DNA from: an uncultured Eubacteriales bacterium | GTDB taxonomy: Bacteria > Actinomycetota > Coriobacteriia > Anaerosomatales > PHET01 | NCBI GenBank assembly: GCA_964492775.1 | Contig: CAZBLH010000004.1 | Span: forward strand, 9,593 to 73,592 | DNA: 64,000 nucleotides | Direction: 5' to 3' | Shown: positions 29,348 through 39,660 of the stretch, piece after piece | Numbering within the stretch: position 1 is the stretch's first letter | How the letters are laid out: every line of letters starts with the position of its first letter | Made by a program: the position numbers and the translations under genes | The notes under the pieces: generated by a model | What the model was told of the DNA's origin: nothing | Database searches by the model: none | What the model saw: only the letters and a program-made list of their open reading frames with translations

Positions 29348-30811
29348 GTGCCCGTGACACCTCGCGTCCGCTTCGCCCCCTCGCCGACCGGAACCCTGCA
29401 CGTTGGCGGCGCCCGCACCGCCATCTACAACTGGGCGTTCGCTCGGCGCAACGGCGGCGTCTTCATCCTCCGCATCGACGACACCGACCCGGAACGCTCA
29501 ACCGCCGAGAACACCGCGCAGATCCTGAGGTCGCTCCGGTGGCTTGGGCTCGACTGGGACGAGGGTCCGGAGGCAGATGGCGATCATGGCCCGTACTTCC
29601 AGACCCAGCGCGCCGACAAGTACTCGGCTGCACTCGAGGTGATGCGCGCGAACGGCTCCGCGTACCCCTGCTTCTGCTCGGCCGAGGATCTTGCAGCCAA
29701 GCGAGAGGCTGCGCGCACGTCCGGAGGCGGGTCCGCAGGCTATGACCGGACTTGCCGAACGATCGACCCGACCGAAGCGCAGGCACGCATCGCCGCCGGA
29801 CAGCCGCACGTCTGGCGCCTGAAGGTGCCGCTCGACCGCGGCCCTGTCGTCGTGGACGACTCCGTGCGTGGCTTGACCGAGTTCCCGATCGAGGCGATGG
29901 ACGACTTCGTGCTCGTGCGCTCGGACGGCAGTCCCACGTACAATTTCGCTACCGTCGTCGATGACGCCGACATGGAGATCACGCACGTCATCCGCGGTGA
30001 CGACCACCTCACCAACACTCCGCGCCAGACACTCGTCTTCGAGGCGCTCGGCTACACTGTCCCTCGGTTCGCGCACCTCTCGATGATCTGGGGACCCGAC
30101 GGCAAGAAGCTTTCCAAGCGCCACGGCGCGACCTCGGTAGAGGCCTACGACGAGATGGGCTACCTGCCGGAGGCTCTCCTGAACTACCTCGCGCTTCTCG
30201 GCTGGTCGCTCGACGGGGAGACCACGATCGTCTCGGCCGAGACCCTCAAGGCAAACTTCTCGCTCGACAGGATCAGCAAGAACCCCGCGATCTTCGACGC
30301 CGAGAAGCTCGAGTGGATGAACGGCGCCTACATCCGCGATATGACACCTGCCGAACTCGCCGCGCGCATGCTGCCTTGGCTGGAGCGGGCCGGGCTGACG
30401 GACGCCGCGGACTTCAGCGAGCGTCGCGAGTGGTTCGAGCGACTCGCACCGCTCGTCTCCGAGCGGCTCAAGCGCATGGACGAGGTCGCCGAGAAGGTCG
30501 CCTTCCTCTTCGCCGATCCCGAGGTCGATGAGTCCGCGCGCGAGAAAGTGCTCGCCAAAGAGGGTGCGCGGACTGCACTCAACGCAGCGGCATCGGTACT
30601 GGCCGAGTGCGACTGGAACGCCGCTGCTATCGAGGAAGCGCTGCGCACCGTGCCCGAGACCACCGGTCTGAAGCCGAGAGTCGCATTCCAGGCGCTCCGC
30701 GTGGCAATCACAGGCTCGACCGTCTCGCCCCCGCTCTTCGAGTCGCTGGAGCTGCTCGGCAGGGAACGTTCGCTCAAGCGAATCGAGTGCGCAAAGGCGT
30801 ATGCGGCGTAG
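29348..30811 (+). CDS. gltX: glutamyl-tRNA synthetase
   Basis: RFAPSPTGTLHVGGARTA (HIGH) and KLSKRHG (KMSKS); AAGGAG RBS and GTG start. Confidence 0.95.
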   Translation: MPVTPRVRFAPSPTGTLHVGGARTAIYNWAFARRNGGVFILRIDDTDPERSTAENTAQILRSLRWLGLDWDEGPEADGDHGPYFQTQRADKYSAALEVMRANGSAYPCFCSAEDLAAKREAARTSGGGSAGYDRTCRTIDPTEAQARIAAGQPHVWRLKVPLDRGPVVVDDSVRGLTEFPIEAMDDFVLVRSDGSPTYNFATVVDDADMEITHVIRGDDHLTNTPRQTLVFEALGYTVPRFAHLSMIWGPDGKKLSKRHGATSVEAYDEMGYLPEALLNYLALLGWSLDGETTIVSAETLKANFSLDRISKNPAIFDAEKLEWMNGAYIRDMTPAELAARMLPWLERAGLTDAADFSERREWFERLAPLVSERLKRMDEVAEKVAFLFADPEVDESAREKVLAKEGARTALNAAASVLAECDWNAAAIEEALRTVPETTGLKPRVAFQALRVAITGSTVSPPLFESLELLGRERSLKRIECAKAYAA

Positions 30812-30893
30812 GCGCAACCGCGTCGCGAGGGTCGCGTGAGAACGTCGCTCGCCGAGCAGCAAACGTGGCGACTACGCTTCCTCGCATTGCAGG

Positions 30894-30922
30894 TTGACAT
30901 AGCATGAAACCGCCGCTAGGAT
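30894..30922 (+). promoter_or_regulatory. sigma70-like promoter for the tRNA pair
   Basis: TTGACA (30894-30899), 17-nt spacer, TAGGAT (30917-30922); about 34 nt upstream of tRNA-Gln. Confidence 0.6.
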
Positions 30923-30955
30923 ACGTTTTCGCGCCTCCCGAGGCGCCAGAGGTAC

Positions 30956-31031
30956 AGGGGTATGGTGTAACTGGCAACACGTCGGATTCTGGTTCCGAAG
31001 AGTCTAGGTTCGAGCCCTAGTACCCCTGCCA
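30956..31031 (+). tRNA. tRNA-Gln (anticodon CUG), CCA encoded
   Basis: Hand-folded cloverleaf: acceptor AGGGGUA/UACCCCU, D stem GUGU/ACAC, anticodon stem UCGGA/UCCGA with loop UUCUGGU, T arm CUAGG-UUCGAGC-CCUAG. Confidence 0.9.
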
Positions 31032-31036
31032 GGCGT

Positions 31037-31113
31037 GGCCCGTTCGTCTAGTGGACTAGGACACCGCCCTCTCAAGGCGGAGATCACGGGTTCGAATCCC
31101 GTACGGGCTACCA
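31037..31113 (+). tRNA. tRNA-Glu (anticodon CUC), CCA encoded
   Basis: Hand-folded cloverleaf: acceptor GGCCCGU/ACGGGCU, anticodon stem CCGCC/GGCGG with loop CUCUCAA, T arm ACGGG-UUCGAAU-CCCGU. Confidence 0.9.
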
Positions 31114-31131
31114 AGATTTCTCGCAGGTCAG

Positions 31132-31160
31132 AGGCCACAGAGCTTCTGGCCTGTTTCTTT
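31132..31160 (+). terminator. intrinsic terminator after the tRNA pair
   Basis: AGGCCA-CAGAGCUUC-UGGCCU followed by GUUUCUUU. Confidence 0.6.
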
Positions 31161-31273
31161 CCTGACGGCTACCGGGGGCGCTCGTGTCCCATCTTGGGCA
31201 CATGTGGGTCCCGACTCAGGACCCATCCCTGACCTCCCGTCTCCGCCGCCCCCGCGTGATATCCTCTTGCGTT

Positions 31274-32968
<1,695 letters not shown>

Positions 32969-33037
32969 CGTCCGGGTCTTGCAGCACGGTTCGCGCTGAT
33001 CGCACAGCGTGGAGCGGTATTCGCTGTTATCATCAGT

Positions 33038-33393
33038 GGTGGAGTGGGCCAGACGGCCGCGCGTGCCTCAGGGTACGTGAGGAAAGTCGGGGCTCCGCAG
33101 GGCAGGGTGCCTGCTAACGGCAGGGCGCGGCGACGCGACGGAAAGTGCCACAGAAAAGAAGACTCCCCCTCTGCCGCGAGGCGGCGGGAGAAAAGCTGAA
33201 ACGGTGCGGTAAGAGCGCACCAGCGTCACGGCAACGTGGCGGCTTGGCAAACCCCACCCGGAGCAAGGGCGAATAGGAGCGGCTAAGACTGGCCCGGTCG
33301 ACGCTCGGGTACGCCCGCACGAGGCCGTCGGCGACGGCGGTCCCAGATAAATGGTCGTCCAAGACAGAACCCCGCTTATCGGCCCACTCCACC
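33038..33393 (+). ncRNA. rnpB: RNase P RNA, bacterial type A
   Basis: P1 GGUGGAGUGGGCC / GGCCCACUCCACC. Conserved GAGGAAAGUCGGGGCUCC, GGAAAGUGCCACAGAAA and ACAGAACCCCGCUUA blocks are in the correct order. Confidence 0.9.
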
Positions 33394-33421
33394 CGCCGCT
33401 CGGCTCATTGCCGGGCGCGCG

Positions 33422-35272
33422 CTACCACTGGAACGTGCTGCAGGTGGCTGGCGTCCGCTCATCCTTGTAGGTGCATGTCTCGAAGTAGACGCAGTCCGCG
33501 CAGGTCATCTCGGCGAGATTGATCGGCGACGGCTGATAGCCGAGCGGCTCGGGCTCCGCCTCGGGCTCGGCAGCAGGCTGCGGCTCGGGTTGCGGCGCGG
33601 AGTCGACTACCGCGCTCGGCTGCGCCTCTCTCTCGGCCTCCAGCTGCGGCACGGTCACGGTCTCTGTTTCAGCCTCAGGCTGCGGCACGATCACGAATTC
33701 GGGTTCAGCCTCGGGTTCGGGTTCAGGCTCGGGCTGCGGCTCAACCTCGGTCTCGAGCTCCGGTTCCATCACCGGAACGGGCGGCAGCCACGCCTCCTCC
33801 GTCTCCGGCTCCACTGGATCGGCCTCATGGGCTTCAATCCCGAGTGCGGTCTGAGCTACAACAACGTCGCCCTCCTGCTCCGATACCAGCACCGACTCCT
33901 CGGCGACAACGATCTTGTACGGTTCGTACTCGGGCGCAGGTTCTGGCGTCGGCTCCAGAGCAGCTTCGGGTTCGGTCTCGATCTCCGTCTCGGGCTCAAG
34001 CTCATGCTCTACCAGCTCCGACGCTGCCTCTGGCTCGGTGGCAGACTCCGGTTCCAGTGCTAGCTCGGCATCCAACTCCGGCTCAAGCTCGGGTTCGGAC
34101 TCTGGCTCGTCTGCAACTTCAGACTCGACCTCAGCCTCCGCCTCAAGCTCATTTGCGACATCAGGCTCATTCTCAGATTCAGGTTGCGGTGCCGCTTTAG
34201 CTAGAAGGTCGAAGACAGAGATCACCCCGACCGGACTTTCCTCAGGCGCGGCGTCGGCAGACTCTTCGGCCTCAGCAGCCGTCTCGGCAGAATCGGCCTC
34301 CGGCTCAAGCGCAGGCTGCTCAGGCTCCGAGCTGGTCTCTTCGGGTGACTCGATTGCCGCTTTGGCCTCGCTGGCTTCGATTGGAGATTCCGGCGTGTCA
34401 GGATGCGGCACCGCAACCGGATCTTCACTCGGCTCGCCAGAATCGGATCCTCGGCTGAACAGGCCCTTCACCGTCACCGGAACACGCGTCCATGGCCAGC
34501 CCTTAGGCTCAGGAACCGCATCCGGGTCCAACTCAATGATGTCATCCTGTGCGGGTTCAGGCTCGGTCTCAGGTAGCTCTGCGCATGGCGCTTCAGGCTC
34601 TGCGTTCTCCTGTGCCACCTCTCCCGGCTCGGAAGACTCCCCTTGGAACTCGGCTTCCTCCCCCTCCGACTGCGGCACCTCGTCCGATTCGCCCAGTTCG
34701 ACATCCGCGTCCTCGGCTACGGCCTCCTCAGAGGGTGCCACCGCGATCGAAGTCGCATCTGAGCCTTGCAGGAAGGCCGAGACTCCAGGTTCCACGATTG
34801 CGCGGCTCGGCACCTCATCATCCTCGGCCGCAGACTCAGACTCTTCGAGGGAGGTCTCTGGCTCAACCTCAGGCTCCGGCTCATCGGACGTCGACTCCAT
34901 TTGAGCCTCGGGCTCCGCGGGAAGCGATTCAGCCTCCGGCTCGGGCTCGGGCTCGACCTCGGCCGCTGGCTCCTCGACCGGGACGTCGGCCGACACATGC
35001 TCGGATTCCTCCGAGTGTGCGGCTTCTCCTTCACCCTCGACCTCGAGCTGCGGCTCCACTTCTGCTGTGGGTTCGCCGGCCGGGGTCGGCATGAACAGCA
35101 CCGGCGCGGCCTGATCGAGGTCGACCACGAAGAACTCGACAATCTCGGCGAACTCCGGAGAGGCCGCGAGACCCGACAGCATCTCAAGCGCCTCGGGGCG
35201 ACTTCCGACGGTCTCCGCGGACACCAGCCGCAGCTCCCCGTCCCGTCCCTTGCCTAGCAGGAAGAATGGCAT
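33422..35272 (-). CDS. hypothetical 616-aa highly acidic E/P/A-rich repeat protein with a C-terminal Cys motif
   Basis: Single long ORF with a structured N-terminus (MPFFLLGKGRDGELRLVSAE...) and hundreds of residues of (E/A/V)PE-type repeats. The C-terminus is CADCVYFETCTYKDERTPATCSTFQW. Confidence 0.65.
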   Translation of the reverse strand: MPFFLLGKGRDGELRLVSAETVGSRPEALEMLSGLAASPEFAEIVEFFVVDLDQAAPVLFMPTPAGEPTAEVEPQLEVEGEGEAAHSEESEHVSADVPVEEPAAEVEPEPEPEAESLPAEPEAQMESTSDEPEPEVEPETSLEESESAAEDDEVPSRAIVEPGVSAFLQGSDATSIAVAPSEEAVAEDADVELGESDEVPQSEGEEAEFQGESSEPGEVAQENAEPEAPCAELPETEPEPAQDDIIELDPDAVPEPKGWPWTRVPVTVKGLFSRGSDSGEPSEDPVAVPHPDTPESPIEASEAKAAIESPEETSSEPEQPALEPEADSAETAAEAEESADAAPEESPVGVISVFDLLAKAAPQPESENEPDVANELEAEAEVESEVADEPESEPELEPELDAELALEPESATEPEAASELVEHELEPETEIETEPEAALEPTPEPAPEYEPYKIVVAEESVLVSEQEGDVVVAQTALGIEAHEADPVEPETEEAWLPPVPVMEPELETEVEPQPEPEPEPEAEPEFVIVPQPEAETETVTVPQLEAEREAQPSAVVDSAPQPEPQPAAEPEAEPEPLGYQPSPINLAEMTCADCVYFETCTYKDERTPATCSTFQW

Positions 35273-35384
35273 CGCTCATCCTCGCTCGTCGTTACCGTAC
35301 TCAACCAGACCTAGCGGCCTGTACACACATCCTAGATACGGTATCGGGGATTCCGGTGCGCCACCTTAGAGCCTGTTTGCGCAC

Positions 35385-36251
35385 TCACCCATCGCCACAC
35401 CCTTCACGAAGCCTCTTCAGGCGGTTGAGGTTCTCGGAGTCCTTGAGAGGAGGCTCGCCCGGCATCTCCGTGATTACCGACACGTGCTCGAGCTCCGGCG
35501 CACAGACCATCGCCGAGAAGCCCTCGCAGCCGATCAGCCCGTCACCGATCCATGCGTGTCTATCACGGTGGGAGCCGCGCGCGAACATAGCGTCGTTCGC
35601 GTGGATCAGTCCGAGCCGCTGGAGCCCGATGGTGGCCGCGATTTCGTCGACGGTCTCTCTCCAGCCTTCCGCAGTGTCCAGCGGCATGCCGTATGCGAAG
35701 GCGTGGCACGTGTCGAAGCATACGCCCAGCTTCTCGGGGTCCAACCCGGTCGCCTCGATAGCGGCGGCAAGCTCGGTAAACGTACTCCCGAAGCTCGAGC
35801 CACCACCGGCGGTGTTCTCGAGCAGCAAGCGGGTCCCTGCGGCCGCATCCCCAGCAAGCTCGTACGCGCGAAGAATCGTGTCGGCGGTGCGGGCAGCGGC
35901 CGCCGCAGCGTCTCCTGCGGCATCATTGCCGACGTGTGTGACGACGCCCACAGCGCCGAGCAGCCCAGCTCGCACAAGTTCGTCGGCGAGCGCATCCGTG
36001 CTCCTCGCGCGCAGGACATCATCGGCGCTGGATAGGTTGAGCAGGTATGCGGTGTGGGTGTACACCGGCCCGAACTCCCGCTCGGCGCGCAGGGCCACGA
36101 AATCGGCAGCCGCCTGCGGGTCTACCGCTTTGCCACGCCACTGTCGCGGGCTCTTGGCGAAGAACTGCAGGCACTCGGCACCCACCGAGATTGCGTAATC
36201 CAGTGCCTTCTCATAGCCCCCGGCAACAGACACATGTGCTCCGACCAGCAT
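35385..36251 (-). CDS. nfo: deoxyribonuclease IV (endonuclease IV)
   Basis: 288 aa, MLVGAHVS..., TIM-barrel AP endonuclease 2 family motifs (HTAYLLNL, CFDTCHAFA, IHANDA). Confidence 0.9.
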   Translation of the reverse strand: MLVGAHVSVAGGYEKALDYAISVGAECLQFFAKSPRQWRGKAVDPQAAADFVALRAEREFGPVYTHTAYLLNLSSADDVLRARSTDALADELVRAGLLGAVGVVTHVGNDAAGDAAAAAARTADTILRAYELAGDAAAGTRLLLENTAGGGSSFGSTFTELAAAIEATGLDPEKLGVCFDTCHAFAYGMPLDTAEGWRETVDEIAATIGLQRLGLIHANDAMFARGSHRDRHAWIGDGLIGCEGFSAMVCAPELEHVSVITEMPGEPPLKDSENLNRLKRLREGCGDG

Positions 36252-36346
36252 CTACTCTCCTTGCGCGTCGTGTATGGATGGGGCCGAGCACTTCTCGGCA
36301 AGTCCGTCCATTCTACCGCCGAGAAGGACCGCGCTACACTCTCGAC

Positions 36347-37618
36347 ATGGACCAAAGTGCCCCACATCCCTGCGAAAGCGAGCCTTGGAAAGGCCGAGCA
36401 GTGCTCCACGTCGATCTCGACGCATTCTTCGCCGCAGTCGAGCAACTCGACCACCCGGAGTGGCGGGGCAAGCCGCTCATCGTCGGCGGGGATCCGAACA
36501 GGCGAGGTGTGGTATCGACCGCGAGCTACGAGGCACGCAAGTTCGGCGTGCGCTCCGCGATGCCCTCAGCGAGGGCTGCGCAGCTTTGCCCGGATGCCAT
36601 CTGGGTCTCCGGCAACTACGGGCGCTACCGCGAGATGTCCGAGCGCGTGTTCGAGATCTTCCGCGCCGAGTCCCCGCGCGTCCAGCCCGTCTCGATAGAC
36701 GAGGCGTTCATCGACGTCACCCCCGGCGAGTACTCCCGAGAACACCCCGTGACCATCGCTCGGCGAATCAAGGAGAGGATCTCGGAGCTCGGCATCACGG
36801 GATCTGTGGGAGTCGCGACGTCAAAGACACTCGCGAAGATCGCCTCGGAGGTGAACAAACCCAACGGTCTGACGGTCGTGTGCCAAGGCGAGGAGGGCGC
36901 GTTCCTGGCACCAAGGTCGGTGCGAGAGATGAGCGGCATCGGACCCAAGACCGCCGCGAGGCTTTCCGCGCTCGGCATCAGCACCCTTGGAGGACTCGCC
37001 GAGCTCGACGACGAGACTGCTCGGCAGGTGCTTGGCGCACACGGACCGGAACTCATTGCACGAGCGCGCGGCACAGACCCACGGCCGGTCCACGACAACG
37101 ACCCGGTCAAGTCCGTGTCGAACGAGCGCACGTTCGTTACGGACGTGCGCGACGCCGACGAACTCGAGGCTGTGGTCGGCATGCTTTCCGCCAAGGTCGG
37201 CCAGCGACTACGCCGAAAAGGGATGGCCGGGCGAACCGTCACGGTCAAGCTGCGCTTCAGCGACTTCACCACGCGCACCGTCCGGCGAAGCCTCAACGTG
37301 CCCACCGATGACGAACTCGCCTTCGCGCCCGTCGCGCGCGAGCTGGTCCGCAGCATCTGGACGCCGGGTGTGGGCGTGCGCCTCCTCGGCGTTGGCATCT
37401 CCGGCTTTGACGAGCGCGCCGAGCAGCTCACGCTCATGGAGCCGGCGGCCGAGCCCACTGCCGAGAAGCCCGCGCACGCAAGACGGCGAGGCGACCTCGT
37501 GCGGGGCATCGACGCCGTCCGAGAGCGCTTCGGCGATGACTCGGTCCGCTTCGGCCGCGATCTGTTGCACGGCGACCACATGCGCAAGGCGACCGAAACC
37601 GGTCACGACGAGGACTAG
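36347..37618 (+). CDS. dinB: DNA polymerase IV
   Basis: VLHVDLDAFFAAVEQL, SIDEAF, Y-family palm/fingers and little-finger region; internal ATG of ORF 36047..37618. Confidence 0.93.
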   Translation: MDQSAPHPCESEPWKGRAVLHVDLDAFFAAVEQLDHPEWRGKPLIVGGDPNRRGVVSTASYEARKFGVRSAMPSARAAQLCPDAIWVSGNYGRYREMSERVFEIFRAESPRVQPVSIDEAFIDVTPGEYSREHPVTIARRIKERISELGITGSVGVATSKTLAKIASEVNKPNGLTVVCQGEEGAFLAPRSVREMSGIGPKTAARLSALGISTLGGLAELDDETARQVLGAHGPELIARARGTDPRPVHDNDPVKSVSNERTFVTDVRDADELEAVVGMLSAKVGQRLRRKGMAGRTVTVKLRFSDFTTRTVRRSLNVPTDDELAFAPVARELVRSIWTPGVGVRLLGVGISGFDERAEQLTLMEPAAEPTAEKPAHARRRGDLVRGIDAVRERFGDDSVRFGRDLLHGDHMRKATETGHDED

Positions 37619-37646
37619 GCATAGCGCGGGTGGTTCACCCGGAGCC

Positions 37647-38288
37647 TCAGCTGAGTGTCACAGACCTCGCGATCTCGAAGGTGAGCGCCGTCGGAGTCCC
37701 ATCCACCTTCAGCATGAGCACGCCGCCGATCTCGTCGCGGTCGATGACCTCGACACTCGCTCCCGGCTTGAGCCCCTTTCCGCCGAGGTATCCCAACACG
37801 TCCTCGACCTCGGCCACGCGAATCACGACGCCGGCCTCGCCTACGTCCAAGTCGGCGAGCGAGCGTCCGGTGGCGGCAACGGGAACGGTTCCGTCCGCCG
37901 AAGGGATCGGATGGCCATGCGGACACGAGACCGGGTTGTCCAGGTAGCTCTCGAGCGCGGCGAGTACGCGCGCTGACATCGCATGCTCGAGCAGGCAGGC
38001 GTCCTCGTGAGCGGCCTCCCAGTCAAGCCCGAGAACGTCGACCAGGAAGCGCTCGGCCACCCGGTGCCGGCGCACGATGCCGAGCGCTTGGATCGTGCCC
38101 TGCTCGGTCAGAACCACGTCTGTACCCTCTCGGTCAACCAGGCCGTGGGACTGCAGGCGTTTGAGGGTGGCCGTGACAGTGGGACCCGAGACGCCGATAT
38201 CCTCGGCGATCTGGGAGGGCTTCACGACTCCGTCCCGAGACAGCTTGTAGATGGTCTCGAGGTACTCTTCCAGTGTTGGTGAAGGCAT
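37647..38288 (-). CDS. DtxR/MntR-family metal-dependent transcriptional regulator with a FeoA/SH3-like C-terminal domain
   Basis: MPSPTLEEYLETIYKLSRDG...VSGPTVTATLKRL (wHTH), a metal-site region and a C-terminal LDVGEAGVVIRVAE; internal ATG of ORF 37647..38510. Confidence 0.88.
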   Translation of the reverse strand: MPSPTLEEYLETIYKLSRDGVVKPSQIAEDIGVSGPTVTATLKRLQSHGLVDREGTDVVLTEQGTIQALGIVRRHRVAERFLVDVLGLDWEAAHEDACLLEHAMSARVLAALESYLDNPVSCPHGHPIPSADGTVPVAATGRSLADLDVGEAGVVIRVAEVEDVLGYLGGKGLKPGASVEVIDRDEIGGVLMLKVDGTPTALTFEIARSVTLS

Positions 38289-38482
38289 CTTCCCGCCATC
38301 TCGCGACTTCGCTGGACACCATCGTAGGCCACCCGCGGCGGCATCGCCACCGTCACAGCGCCCGAGCAGTTGGCTGCCGATACCGGTCCGGGTATAGGTT
38401 ACCGTTCGTCGGACACAGACTGCCTTACATCGTTGTTGCCGTACCGTTTGGCTTCTTCTTGTGCAAATTGCCGTCAGACCCG

Positions 38483-38511
38483 TTGACGCGCATATGAGCC
38501 AGGGGTACATT
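38483..38511 (+). promoter_or_regulatory. sigma70-like promoter facing the orphan structured RNA
   Basis: TTGACG (38483-38488), exactly 17 nt, TACATT (38506-38511). The predicted start about 7 nt downstream coincides with the first base of the closing helix. Confidence 0.45.
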
Positions 38512-38517
38512 CAGTTT

Positions 38518-38693
38518 GTCCCCAGAAGTCGGACGCAGCGGTTTCGGAAAGACGGTGTACCGGTAGCTGCCCGAGAGGGATCCGAAGGAAAGCAGCGGCT
38601 GTGAGGTGGCTGCGGGAAGTCGGAGCCTCAGAGGTAAGAATCGTTGGGAAGCCGGTTCGAGTACGAAGACCCGCGGGCGAGGTTTCTGGGGAC
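38518..38693 (+). ncRNA. candidate structured RNA, unclassified
   Basis: GUCCCCAGAA (38518-38527) is perfectly complementary to UUCUGGGGAC (38684-38693). Internal stacked helices are GAGG/CCUC, UCCGA/UCGGA and GCAGC/GCUGC. There is no credible ORF in the 513-nt gap. The strand is inferred from the promoter. Confidence 0.45.
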
Positions 38694-38801
38694 ACTCATG
38701 TTCTCAGCACTTTCGCGCGCCGCCCCCGCCACTCCCTTGGATTCCGCGCGCAGCTCCTTAGACTCAAGCACCCTTGACGCTCGCAGCCGCTCAGGCGGTC
38801 C

Positions 38802-39173
38802 TCACGGCCGGTACACGAGCTTGGCGATCGGCGACTCCCAGACCGCGACCTCTTTGACGGCCACGCGTGGGTCCACGGCCGCACTCAGGCGCTCGCAGAT
38901 CACCCGCGCGAGGTTCTCGGCGGTCGGGCTGATCTCATCGAAGGGCGATACCTCATTGATGAGGACGTGATCGTACTCGTCGAGCACCGCCGCGAGGTCG
39001 GCCTTCAGCGACTTGAAGTCGTAAACGATGCCGATCTCGTCAAGTTCCGGCGCCACCACGGTGACCTCGACGTCCCATGTGTGACCGTGAAGGTTGCGAC
39101 ACTCGCCGGGATAGCCGTACAGGTGATGCGCGGCATCGAAGTGCCCCTTTACTGACAGCTCATAAGTCCCCAC
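38802..39173 (-). CDS. queD: 6-carboxy-5,6,7,8-tetrahydropterin synthase
   Basis: 123 aa with HFDAAHHL and CRNLHGHTW motifs. Confidence 0.9.
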   Translation of the reverse strand: MGTYELSVKGHFDAAHHLYGYPGECRNLHGHTWDVEVTVVAPELDEIGIVYDFKSLKADLAAVLDEYDHVLINEVSPFDEISPTAENLARVICERLSAAVDPRVAVKEVAVWESPIAKLVYRP

Positions 39174-39201
39174 GCGACAGATACCTCCCAGCTACTGGCG
39201 T

Positions 39202-39660
39202 TCAGAAGAGCGCGCCCGGCCCGCTCTCAGAGCCTGGTTCGCATACATAATCGCCGACTGATGCCCGCGCATCCATTGCTTCGTTCGCGAGCGCATCGGC
39301 CAGCTTGTTCTCGGCGCGGGGAATGTGGCGCACCTCGAAGGCGCTGAACTTCCTAAGCAGTGAGAGAGCGCGCAGGAACAGAGGCTTGAGCCCCTCGTTC
39401 TTGACTCGGTAGGCGCCGTTGAGCTGCTTGACCAAGAGCTCGCTATCGGCGAGCACCAGCACCTCGGCGTGGCCTAGAGCAAGAACGTTCTCGAGTCCCC
39501 AGATAAGCGCCTCATACTCGGCGACGTTGTTGGTGCAGGTGCCGAGAAAGCGCCCGCCCTGGCAGATGACCTCGCCGTCGGACTCCACGACGAACCCGGC
39601 GCCGGCAGGACCTGGGTTGCCTCGGGCTCCGCCGTCGCTTCTAAGGGTGACGCGGCTCAC
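39202..39660 (-). CDS. rnhA: ribonuclease HI-family protein
   Basis: RSDGGARGNPGPAGAG..NNVAEYEALIWGLE..ADSELLVKQLNGAYRVKN. The GTG start overlaps the upstream stop (GTGA). Confidence 0.85.
   Translation of the reverse strand: MSRVTLRSDGGARGNPGPAGAGFVVESDGEVICQGGRFLGTCTNNVAEYEALIWGLENVLALGHAEVLVLADSELLVKQLNGAYRVKNEGLKPLFLRALSLLRKFSAFEVRHIPRAENKLADALANEAMDARASVGDYVCEPGSESGPGALF

Noticed and set aside
33590-35260. Periodic GGCTCG/GGTTCG repeats, checked for a CRISPR array or a noncoding tandem repeat
   Set aside because: There is no repeat-spacer architecture. The periodicity is 3/6 nt and lies in frame within one long ORF, so it is coding low-complexity sequence.
36252-36346. Search for a LexA/SOS box in the divergent nfo-dinB promoter region
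   Set aside because: Neither a GAAC-N4-GTTC nor a TCGAAC-N4-GTTCGA type palindrome is present.
38385-38415. Possible DtxR/IdeR iron box (TATAGGTTACCGTTCG) upstream of the DtxR-family gene
   Set aside because: Only one half-site (TAGGTTA) resembles the TWAGGTWAGSCTWACCTWA consensus. The second arm is absent.
38575-38600. SRP RNA domain IV-like string UCCGAAGGAAAGCAGC
   Set aside because: It resembles GGUCCGGAAGGAAGCAGC, but the GNRA tetraloop is one base short, the 5' CAGGUCAGG partner strand is missing, and the surrounding fold is multi-branched rather than a single long hairpin.
38644-38970. 108-aa plus-strand ORF (internal ATG at 38698) downstream of the candidate RNA, considered as a riboswitch-controlled gene
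   Set aside because: It runs antisense through queD, has an S/R/A/T-rich composition and no RBS, so it is not credible as coding.
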